From Camelus ferus (Eukaryota), in contig NC_045697.1 of assembly GCF_009834535.1 (NCBI RefSeq), forward strand, positions 105,092,001-105,156,000: 64,000 nucleotides of DNA, read 5' to 3'. The translations under genes were made by a program, and so were the position numbers. Positions 53,496 through 64,000 of this stretch are shown one piece after another (position 1 is the stretch's first letter; each line of letters begins with the position of its first letter). The notes under the pieces were generated by a model that ran no database searches, was not told where the DNA came from, and saw only the letters and a program-made list of their open reading frames with translations.

Positions 53496-56400
53496 GGAGA
53501 CTCACTGAAGACTGACTGGACCATCACACTCTTTTGGTTGAGAATTACTAGGTAAACTGCAGCAAATACCAATAAAAGTAATGTGTATTACCTAATGGTA
53601 TTAAAGTAATTTAACCTAGAGCACATTCTCAGTAACATGATGGTAAATCTTAGGAGTGATGATCACAATAAAACAACAGTCATAGAACAGGGAAATCTAT
53701 CCAAGTGAAGAAAGGAAACTCCACCATTATAATAATCAAAGGACTTCCTAAAAAACTGAAGGCTCTCAGTGAATGGAGGTAGGGGTGGATAATTACACAA
53801 AGGCAATCAATATCCATGGTAAAGACTAAAGTCAATTAGAAGAACATTTCACAGAATCTTAAGAAGTTGCCACTTTAAAAATAAGATTTTAAGGCCCTCT
53901 TATAGCACCATCTTATTTAAACCTTACAACAACCCTATGACATATGTAAGGCAATTATTACTGCTATTATTCACAAGAAGAAACTCATGCTAGAACTGGT
54001 CAAGTGACTTCCCAAAAAAGGTGGAGCTGGAAGCAGAATTCAGTAAGTCTGACAGTGCGGCTGTGCTTTAAGGCCGGAGGCTTTTCTGAACATCAATTTG
54101 CAATGTAATTTACAGGTGGTCCCACAGGACACTGAAAAGTGCTCTTTGGAAACAATAAACAAAGAAACATTCCTTGAATGAGGCACACTCTACATTATCA
54201 CCCACCGGCAACCAGCATTATATGCCTTTTTTCCCATGGTGTGAAATGAAATACAAAACCAAAGATTTCATCAATAACTCACAATGAATTGAATAAACTT
54301 TAACTTCCAAAGAAATAACTAAATGTCACTTTAATTGGTTTCATTTCAGCAAGTATTTACTGGGGACCTACTATGTGTGCAAAGCCACGAAACATTTGCA
54401 TAAGGGACTGGGGTAGTCTATAGTTCTTTCCATTTCTGTGAACCTATGATAAAATGTGACTGTTTCTTCATTGTAGGCATACAAGAATGCATAAGAAATG
54501 CCTGCCGTCTTATGAACACACTAGAAGATTCAAAAACAGACTCCTAAAAGCTGCGATTGCTCTATAAGGATTTTTTTTAATGAACACCTTTAAAAAGTCC
54601 ATGTTACTGTAACAACTGCAAAAAATTTCCTTCCAGGTACTGTACCTAAAACAGTGTAGCTGGTTTCTACCAAACGGTGTGGCCACAGTCACCAATTCAT
54701 CTTCCACTAACAGGGCGGGAGAGTTGTAAGGGACTGCTGCAGGGATATATCACACCAGTCTTGAGACAAATCTCAGTCATGTGTATTTTTGTTGTGTAAA
54801 CATTAAAGATTTAAATTGCACCGACACAAATAGGTCATGTGTGTCCCATCTCTTATCTATATTGAAAAATAGAAATAACAACAACCAAAAAACCATGATG
54901 AAAACAAGAGAATGCATTTAGAAGACATAAAAAACTTTTGATCATGTTCTTTTTAAATACAGTGCTCTCCTAGTGTAAAAATAGCTAATTCAGAATAAGT
55001 CACATTCCAGGCTTTTCGGGGTACGTAATTTTCTACTGTAATGTTAACATAGGGCAGACAACCAGAATGCTGGGCACCGGACAGTGGAGGCGTTGAACGA
55101 CAAGCTAAGAAACTCATTTTATTCACCAGCTGATGAGATTCTTGCTACAGGCTGTGAAATCCAGAGCTGTACTGCAGAAACATTCATCTGAAGGTGATGT
55201 ACCAGGTAGGTACAATGGCAGCAGGAAATACTACTAACAGTCTACTTGAACGTTCTCAGAGATGGACTTTACGCAAGTAAATAGCTACATATTAGAGTAG
55301 TAATCACAGGAATGATCCTGTGGTTCAAAAATATGTCAGTGGTAAAGGAAACAAAGACTTCTCTCTCATTCAAGTTGCACGTCCATTAGGGGAAGAATTC
55401 TAGTTCTAGTAGGGGCAGAACAGCTTCAATTGGATAAACTTCCTACAGATAACAATTATAAATGATCCACAAAAAGGGAGGGGAAAGATTTAAAGGCAAT
55501 GGGGGAGGCGGGATACAATCAAATCAGGCAGAAACTGGAGGAAAACAGACTCCTGAGAAAAGAGAATCACCCTGAACATGATTCATGTTTGAATGGCCTT
55601 TTTTCCTGAGGGTCTTGGACTCCTACTCCCTTCAGTGGAGTCTGGATAGAAACCAAGCAAAATCCTCAATCTTACTGACCTGAGAAGGCAGAGAACAGAC
55701 TCTGGGACTTTGGGGACAGCTAGAAATTAAAGAAGGGTAAGTATTTTGGAAAGGAAAGTATCATGAGGGGTGCACATATGGCTCCCCTCAAATTTCTGGC
55801 TGACCTCTGAACCAAGCATGAGGCTCCAAAGAGTCCAGGGGTGAAACAATTTAAGGCTTGAAATCACTGAGCAGGTAGTTCAGCCACTGCCAATTACAGG
55901 GAGACAGAGGTCAAATCTCACTAAATTAGGACTCAATAAATACCAGGCTTCTCACTGAAATTCTAGAAGGTTCCTGCCTTAGGAGGAAATACTGTATCCT
56001 ATAATTAAGGCATTTACCTTAGGGTTAAATGCACAACCAAAACAGACCTACCCTAAAAAGACATAAAGCAAAAGCCCTATATATTCAGAGTGATCTGTCA
56101 GTAATTTAACTGACTACTAGAACAAAATTCAGTATTCTTCAGAGATATACAACAGAATCTGGAGTTTCCACAATGTCTAGAGTATAACGATAATTACTAG
56201 AACAAAACAGAAAAATGCAAACCAGAGTCAATAGAAAACTTAGCCAGTAGAAACAGATTCACAAATGACCTAGAGGTTGAAATGACCAGACAAGGATTTT
56301 TAAATTGATATGTTAGACTCTAAAAAAAAATATGAGTAAAAGGGGTGAAGAAATGGAGAGCCTCAGAAGAGACTTGGAAACTATAACAACAACATAATGG

Positions 56401-57330
56401 AAATAAAAGAACTACAAAATACAGTATCTAAGATAAAACATGTTTGCTTGGAATTAATAATGCACTGGGCACTAACAAAAATTCAGTGAAATTAAAGAAA
56501 TATACATCATAAAAACTGAAACTCTAAGAGAGAAAAATTAAAAGATAAAACAAGGAACCAATGGCCTGTGGGACAGCATTAAGTAATTTAACATATGTGT
56601 AGTTGGAGCCCTCGAGGAAAGTAGAGAGAGAATAGGTCAGAAAAAAAAAAAATATATAAAAATTTCCAAATTTGACTAAAACAACAACCTACAAATCTAG
56701 AAAGCTTAGCAAATGTCCCAAAAGATAAATACAAAGAAAACCACTAAGGCACAACATAGTTAAATTGATGAAAAATAAATATAAAAATTCTTAAAAGCAA
56801 CCAGGACAGCAGCAATAAAAATTACATTGTATAAAGGGGAACAAGGATTAAGAGTAATAACTGATTCTTTATAAAAATAATTGAGGCCAGATGACAACAT
56901 ACAAGATCTTTAAAGACCACCAATCCAGAATAACCAATGGGAACATTTCTCAAAATGAAGGTAAAATAAAGACACTTTTGGATAAACTAAAGCTAAGAGA
57001 ATTTATTGCTAGTAGAATCACATTACAAGAAATAAAAAAAGTTCTTTATGCTGAAGGGAAATGATACAAGAGAGAAATCTGGGTGTACAGAAAAGAAAAA
57101 CACTAGAAATGATAAGTAGATAGTAAAACTTAAAAATTTTTCTTTCTTTTTAAAAATTCTTCAAAAGCTAAATGACTGTTTAAAGTGAAAGTGAAAACAT
57201 AGCAGAAAAAATAGAAAGTGATATAAATGAAATGCTACTGCTCTTAAGTCTCTTACATTATACTTGAAATGGTGTAAATTATTCAGGGTAGACTATGACA
57301 AGTTAAGAGTACATTCCGTAATCCCTAGAG

Positions 57331-57514
57331 CAATGGTTCTCTAAGTATGGCCCTGGGCAAGTAGTATCAGCATCGCCGAAGAATTCATCAGAAATGGAAA
57401 TCCATAGGCCAAGTTTCAGATCTACTAACTCAGAATTTTGGAATGGGACCTAGAAATCTGTGTTTTATCTAACCTTTCAGTTGATTCTGATGTCCATTAA
57501 TCTGAGAAATACTG
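57331..57514. mobile_element. MER5A-like hAT element nested in L1
   Basis: CAATGGTTCTCTAAGTATGG...AGAAATCTGTGTTTTA...TGATTCTGATG...TGAGAAATACTG. Confidence 0.8.
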
Positions 57515-58039
57515 CAATCTTTGAGAAATGAAACAAGTACTAGAATAATAACACTAAATATAGCTCAAGAGACAATAAAGGTATAAAATGCATACTGAAA
57601 ATGCTTGACCCAAAAGGAGAGGAAGGGAAAAATAAAGGAGCAAATTAAAGAGGAAACACAAAGAAAACAAAACATCAAGATAAGAAATATAAACTCAACT
57701 ATATCAATAGTTACACTAAATGTAAACGGTCTAAACACTCCAATTAAAAATCAAAGATGGTATACTGGATTTAAAAAAATGCAAGACCTAAGTGTGTTTT
57801 ATGATGCATTTTAAATATAAAGGCACAGACAGGGTGAAGGTTAAAAGACCGAAAAATATATACAATGAAAAAGGTAAGCGTAAGGAAGCTAATGTGGCTA
57901 TATTACAATCAGACAAAGCAGACTTCACGAGAAAAAGTATCACCAAAGATAAAGGATATCACTTCAAAATTATTAAATCAAGATATAATAGCCCTAAATA
58001 TCAACTCACCTAATAGCAGACCTTCAAAATTCATCAAGC

Positions 58040-58171
58040 CTCAAGTGGTAGAGTGTGTGCTTAGCATGCATGAGGTCCTGGGTTCATTCCCCAGTACCTC
58101 CTCTAGAAATATAATAAATAAATAAGCCTCATTACCTCCCCCCTCCAGAAAAATTAAATAAATAAATAAAC
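58040..58171 (+). mobile_element. 5'-truncated tRNA-derived SINE (vic-1 type) nested in L1
   Basis: CTCAAGTGGTAGAG...GAGGTCCTGGGTTCATTCCCCAGTACCTCC; TSD CAAAATTCATCA[A/G]GC (58025-58039 and 58172-58186). Confidence 0.88.
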
Positions 58172-58909
58172 CAAAATTCATCAGGCAAAAACTGTCAGAA
58201 CTAAGGGGAAAAAAGATAAATCCAAAATCACAGTTGGAGATGAAAAAAACCCCTCTCTCAGCAACCAATAGAACAACCACTGCCCAGAAAAACTAGGAGG
58301 ATACAGAAGATTTGAACAGTATTATCAAACACTTTGACCTAATTAACATTTAGGTCACACAACTGCATAATATACACGTTCTTTTCAAGTGCACATGAAA
58401 TATTCACTAAGATAGACTACATCTTGACCCATAAAACAGGTCTAAAATTCTAAAAGGACTGAAATCATATACAATGTGTTTTCTGACCATAAGGAACTAA
58501 ATTAGCAATCACTGACAAAATGATATCGAGAAGAGCCCCACATTTGAAAATTAAGCAACATACTTCCAAAAATTTATGGATCAATGAAGGAATTACAAGG
58601 AAATTACTGAATATTTCAAACTGAATGATAATGAAAATTTAACCTATCAAAATTATATCTAAAGCAGTATTTACAGGAAAATTTTTAGCTTTATATATTT
58701 ATATTAGAAAAGAAGAAGGATTTAAAATTGACAATCTAAAATTCTACCTTAAGAAGCTAGAAAAAAAAACACAAACTAAAAAGGCAAATAGAAGGAATAA
58801 AACAACTGTGTAGAAATCAATGATAAGGAAAAAAGACAAGCAGTAGAGAAAAATCAACAAAGCTAAAAGTTGTGGGCTTTTTGGTAAAGATTTATTAATC
58901 AGGCAACAG

Positions 58910-59190
58910 CAGATAGGCTGAGAATTCTGTTCCACGCCATCTCACCCTGGGCCCCAGGGAGATGCAGCAGCCACCACAGTGATGTTGTGAGTCTCACGGC
59001 AGAGGAGAGCTGTAGCATCTGACTAAGGGAATCTAATTCCCCAGCCCAGAGTGGGCAACTCACTCTTCATTACTCAGATTTAGTCCAATGATCTACCCAA
59101 TCACAAGGGAGGCTGGAATTGTCATCTTACCATGTGCCGAGAAGGCCAAGAGCTGGACATACATGTGGAACTTCAATGAAGACTATCTCC
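58910..59190. mobile_element. Old MaLR LTR fragment (MLT1K/L-like)
   Basis: GCAGCAGCCACCA...GGCAGAGG...CCAATCACAAGGGAGGCTGGAATTGTCATCTTACCATGTGCC resembles old MLT1 LTRs. Confidence 0.5.
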
Positions 59191-59574
59191 GCGAAGGGGA
59201 AACTTAACACAAAATTCAGCCTCCATATAAGTTCCTCTCAGAAGTATTAAACTATTTACATTACTGCTTTTGGGGGGACAAATTAATTTTAATGAAGTTG
59301 AGCACCCTTTCCATAAACACCTAAACTTTCCAAAACATTATTGACAAGCTATCAGCATCTAATATATTTTTTAAGAAAAAGTAACATCAATGGGCTACTT
59401 CAATAAAGGATGTAATCCAGTTGCCAACCCCACCTCTAAGTCCCCGAACCTTCAATTTATTTTATCAACGTCATTTCTTTATACTTGGGCTGGTCCCAGA
59501 GAAGAAAGTACAGATTGGGTGACATATGGATCCTGCCTCAAAGCATCAGTAATGCTATAGTGGAAAAGGTGGAA

Positions 59575-59828
59575 ACACGAAAGGCAGCAGGGAGAAGATA
59601 CAGTGAGTGGGAAGGGCACAACTTTGTAACCAAATAAAACCAGGTTCTAATCCTACCTCGGTCAACAGGGAATTATGAGATTCTTGGCCAAGTTACCAAA
59701 TGGTTCTGAGCCTCAGCTTCCTGATCTATGAAATGGACACAGTAATGCCTACTTTGTAGGTTGTTGGATGGATTCAAATTATTACATATAACAAGCAGCA
59801 CAAAGCCTGGCCTGAGGTAAGGGCTCAA
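59575..59828 (+). mobile_element. MIR
   Basis: GGTTCTAATCCTACCTC...CTTGGCCAAGTTAC...CTGAGCCTCAGCTTCCTGATCTATGAAATGG. Confidence 0.8.
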
Positions 59829-59845
59829 AAAAAAAAAAAAAAGGT

Positions 59846-59959
59846 GAGTGGGAAGGGGTAGAGTGCATGCCTAGCTTTATGACATCCTGGGTTCAATCCC
59901 CAGTACCTCCACTAAACAAACAAACAAACAAACAAACACAAACAAACCTAAAAAAAAAA
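59846..59959 (+). mobile_element. tRNA-derived SINE (vic-1 type), degenerate 5' end
   Basis: GGTAGAGTGCATGCCTAGC...TCCTGGGTTCAATCCCCAGTACCTCC plus (AAAC)n tail. Confidence 0.8.
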
Positions 59960-60591
59960 GTGATAGTTATTATCCATCATCTATTTGATTAGCCCAGTCT
60001 TGAAAAAAAAAAAAAAAGTGTAAGAAAATCCAAAGAAAAAACACAGTCAACTCTTAACTAAATATAAGTAAGTAAAGAATTTCCTGTGGGAGTGACTATG
60101 ACCACTGAATTAGGAAGGCTTCTAGATGAAAAGGGTCTACTTGATACATGGTAAATACCACTCAGCTCTGATTTCATCTTTAAGCCTTAACTTTTTCTAA
60201 GTGTTGACAAGGATATGAGAGTGGTGAACTGTATCCTTAAGGTAAACACAGCACAAAAAGTCAGGACTCTCTGATCTGTTTGCAACTCAGCTAAGAATTT
60301 GAGTCTAGCACCCACGTCTGTGGGAGTAGTGTAAGATGCTGGGAAGTTACAGCTTCCTTGTATTTTGTTCCTCATCTCCCCTGTCTGTTTTCCATTACAA
60401 CTTAATATCCAAACTCTTAAAAGTCAGTAGGCTCACGTGTTCAGGGGTAGAAGGAAAGGTGAATCTGGGAGACCGAATTCCATTTGGCCAGGTGGGAGTA
60501 GCAGATATCTAGGGGCCAGCAGGTTGAGGATCAAGACTCTTACAAAGAAGAAAAAGAGATTCTGAGATTTAAATCTAATTAGAGTTCCTAG

Positions 60592-61180
60592 CTCTAATTC
60601 AAAAAGATACATGCACCCCAATGTTCACAACAGCACTATATACAACATCCAAGGCATGGAAACAATCTAAATGTCCATCTGCAGATGAATGGATAAAGGA
60701 GATGTGTATATACATTTATACAATGGAATACTACTCAGCCATAAAATATGAATAAAATAATGTCATTTGCAGCAACATGGATGGACCTAAGTGAAGTAAG
60801 CCATAAAGAGAAAGAAAAATACCATATGATATCACTCACATGTGGAATCTTAAAAAAAGAAAAGAGGACACTAATGAATTCATCTACAAGACAGAAACAG
60901 ACTCACAGACATAGTGAACAATCTTATGGTTACCAAGGGGAAGGGGATGGGAAGGGATAAATTTGGGAAATGTTAGCCACTATATATAAAAATAGATTTA
61001 AATAACCAAGTTTCTTCTGTATAGCACAAATAACTATATTCAATATCTTGTAGTAACCTTTAATGAAAAAGAATATGAAAATGAATATATTATATATATG
61101 CATGACTGGGACATTGCACTGTACACCAGAAATTGACACATTGTAACTGACTGTACTTCAATAAACAAATAATATAAAAT
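60592..61180 (+). mobile_element. Young 5'-truncated L1
   Basis: CTCTAATTCAAAAAGATACATGCACCCCAATGTTCA...GACTGTACTTCAATAAA; same 3'UTR type as the copies at 12581, 26494 and 46502. Confidence 0.92.
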
Positions 61181-61659
61181 GCGTTCCCAGACCGTGACTT
61201 AATTCCATCTAGCAAAGATGATGAAGAGGTCAGCAGGCTATAAAGAGGCAAAATGCAGTCCATTCCTTCCAAGAACCTTATGTTCCAAAGGCTGGGAAGA
61301 TGTTAATGATTAAGGGAAATCATATGGGGCTCCTGTAGTGTGACTTTAAAGGGGAAAGAGATAATATTTGAGCTGGGGAGATGAGGACGGCTCTATGGAA
61401 GAAGAAAGCATCTAAGGTGAGCCTTGAAGAATGTTGCGGATTGGGAACAGGACAGACACACAGGCATCCCAAGCAAGGGGCGAGCACAGGGAGAGGCAGT
61501 GAGTGCCTGGTCTGGCTGGCTGAAGCCCAGGAAGGCAGGGGTACAGACGAGGAGCAGGCAACAGCTACACACTCTGGTGACCAGAGGACGTCCGGGGCTG
61601 CCAAGGCCATGTGGGCTCCTGAGCCCTCTCTTCCCTTTTGGTTTCAGACCCACACAAGC

Positions 61660-62700
61660 ACCCACCTGAATTGAATGTCTGACACTTCAAACCAAGCTTA
61701 ACGTCCCCACCCTACACGGAGCCCCCTTTCCAACCTCTTCTCTTCCTTATCCTTAAAGCTACAACCAAGTGTCACAGCTAAAAGCCCCGGGTCATCCTTG
61801 ATTGACACCCCATCCCTGAAACGCTCTGCACTCAATTGATCCCAGTGTCCTGAAGACCCTCTCCCCCTGCTGCCAAGCTTCTCTGGAATCCTGTCCATGT
61901 TCACCAGTACTTTCTCCCCTTCGTTCAGGCTCTTCTGGTTAAATTTCTGAATTATGAAATTTGGCCTCTTGCTTATTATGTGTGACCTCAGACAAGTTAC
62001 TTAACCTTTCTGTCCATCAATTTCCTCTCGTCAAGTGGGAATTATCCAGGCGCCTATCTCATGAGTTCCCCCTGAAGATTAACACAGCGCACACAGCACC
62101 CAGAACGGCTGCCGGCATCCAGTGAGGCTCCAATGAATGGGGGTGCTACTGCTGTAACACTGCTATTACCACTCACGATGGCTGTTAGCGTGATCACTGC
62201 ATGTTTTCATTATTATTTCAATGGACTTGTAACTAGTTTACCTGTCTCTGTTACTTCCCCATGTCTAAATCAAAGGCGTCTTAAACTTCAAAAGCTTTCT
62301 AAAAATGTTAACTCTGACATAGACCTCAATCTGTTAAAAGAGGAAAAGAAGAGCTACCCTGGTTGAAATGAATGTAAGGGAACCCCCTGGTCCCTTTGAA
62401 CCTGCCCCCACTTTGAACCTGTCAGTGGCCCAGGCAGCGTCCCACTGGACCACCAGGGCTCCTCTGAGCAGCCATCCCCAGCCCCGAGCCTCCCATCTTC
62501 CGTACAGCCTGCACAGTGATGCTTCTGAATCACAAATCTGACTGTCTCATCTACCTGGTGAGAGGCCTCTGAGGGCCCTTCACTACCTAAACTCTCAAGT
62601 CCAAATCCTTACACACCTTATTCAAAGTAACACGGAGCCACCAGAGCCCAAGGAGGGGAGGTGGGCAGGTGGGCAGAGCTCAGAGATGTGCTTAGTAAAA
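61660..62700 (+). mobile_element. Decayed L2 fragments with an inserted MIR (about 61950-62160)
   Basis: GTCATCCTTGATT, CACAAATCTGACTGTCTCA, AAGTCCAAATCCTTA (L2); TGTGTGACCTCAGACAAGTTACTTAACCTTTCTG (MIR). Confidence 0.6.
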
Positions 62701-64000
62701 CTTAACTGCCATTTCGGGAAAAGTAAGCAAAGCCTGGATCAGAGGCATTCGATACAGTAACACTGGATCGTTATTTTTACTGGTGTTCTTACTACTGGTG
62801 TTACATATCACTGGGGTGAAAGACAATATATGTTGAGGCTTATTTTGACAAAGTGGAAAAACTCAGAAGATTGGTCACTGTGTGTATCTGTGTCTGTTCA
62901 CACGTACAGACACGTAGGTCAGTCCTGACCCACAAACAGCGTCCTCAGAGACATCCTCAGGCTGCAGCCGGGGCGTGCAGCGTGCAGCCAGCAGGTCTCT
63001 GCCTGGCAGACCCTCTCTGGAGCTCAGCCCTAGGCTAGGGGAGCCCCTGACGCACACCTTCCCCATCAGCTCTTCTTCTGACCTCAGGAAGGAGTCCTAT
63101 TTCTGCTTTCCTCTGGCTCCACTGACTTCATATTCAGCGACATCTATGGAGGCACACACCTCTTTCAAGTCCCCAGCAATGTTCTGTGCCTCCAACGACA
63201 CCATCTGGAAAAAATTCTCTTCTTTTTCTCCCATGTGGGAGTTAAGACATAAGCATGGCCGATCATCAAGGTAGTTCCCTTTTATCAAGTAAAATAATAA
63301 ACTTCTCAGGTCAAATTAGATACGGAAAGAACCATGTTCTAGAAGCTCTAAAACCACGGTGAACACCTACAAACACCTTTTAGAATATTTAAAGAAAGAC
63401 GCAGGGAGAAGGAGGTGGTTGAACTTGATTTTATGAGCAGGCATTCATCCAGGCAGGGAAGTGAAGTGATTTTAGACTGAAGAGAATGCTCCAAATTCTA
63501 CACCTATATCTTGAAAAATGACTTCTTATCACACCGGTCATTGACATTTGGCCCCGCCCAGGACCCCAGATCCCTCTCCATCCCCACTGAGAAGTTGGGC
63601 CTGGGGCCTCAGACTGGGCAAACCAGAGGGGACCCTTCTGCCCCCACCCCCAGCCCCCGCTGGGGTGTTTCCCTCCAGGTGGAGACAGCTCCGTAATGCC
63701 ACACTTCACACCTCTCTCCAGCTCCTTTACTCACTCTGCCTCCACTAGTAAGTCTGAGAAGAATAAATCTGACTTGCTTGCCTCAGCACTACTCTCTTCC
63801 TCTTGGTGGGGGGGGGGCTCCCCCAGGGAGCAGGTGCTGGTTCCAGTTGTGGGGCGCTCGCCCTGATTCAGCACTGCCTGTCCCTGTATCTAATTTGGGG
63901 GGCTCAGGGAGCAGGGCCCTCCCCCACTTTTTGTTCTTACTACTAAGCAAGCCGTATCTTTCAACGTATTTACCCCCTCCAAAAAAAGTTGATATTTTAT

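Larger units (their letters stand above)
55390..58900 (+). mobile_element. Old L1 5' half (5'UTR, ORF1, ORF2 endonuclease), decayed
   Basis: A-rich ORF1-like region; ORF 57605..57814 has SIVTLNVNGLNTPIK, the L1 endonuclease N-terminus; many stops and frameshifts. Confidence 0.85.

Overview
Mammalian genomic DNA lying entirely inside the mineralocorticoid receptor gene NR3C2, on the minus strand. Three coding exons are resolved with canonical AG/GT boundaries. Exon 4 (51688-51804, 117 nt) encodes the second zinc finger. Exon 5 (22543-22893, 351 nt) encodes the hinge and start of the ligand-binding domain (LBD). Exon 6 (21015-21159, 145 nt) encodes LBD helices 4-5 including S810/R817. Exon numbers and residue numbers follow human NR3C2 from memory. 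Exons 3 and 7 lie outside the window. The rest is intron filled with L1, L2, MIR, CR1/L3, MaLR LTR, hAT and Tigger relics. Short tRNA-derived SINEs of the vic-1 type, with no Alu, Bov-tA or PRE-1 seen, suggest a camelid. Apart from the exon 5 ORF, no ORF in the track looks like a real gene. I found no convincing new biological system. The best leads concern splicing and regulation: a tandem donor 10 nt inside exon 5, inverted young L1 copies bracketing exons 5-6 and exon 4, a near-perfect steroid response element in intron 6, an intron 5 read-through/poly(A) route to a truncated receptor, a chimeric L1/non-L1 retrocopy at 179-768, and two dense transcription-factor motif clusters in intron 4. 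Repeat family names and edges were assigned by eye and are approximate.
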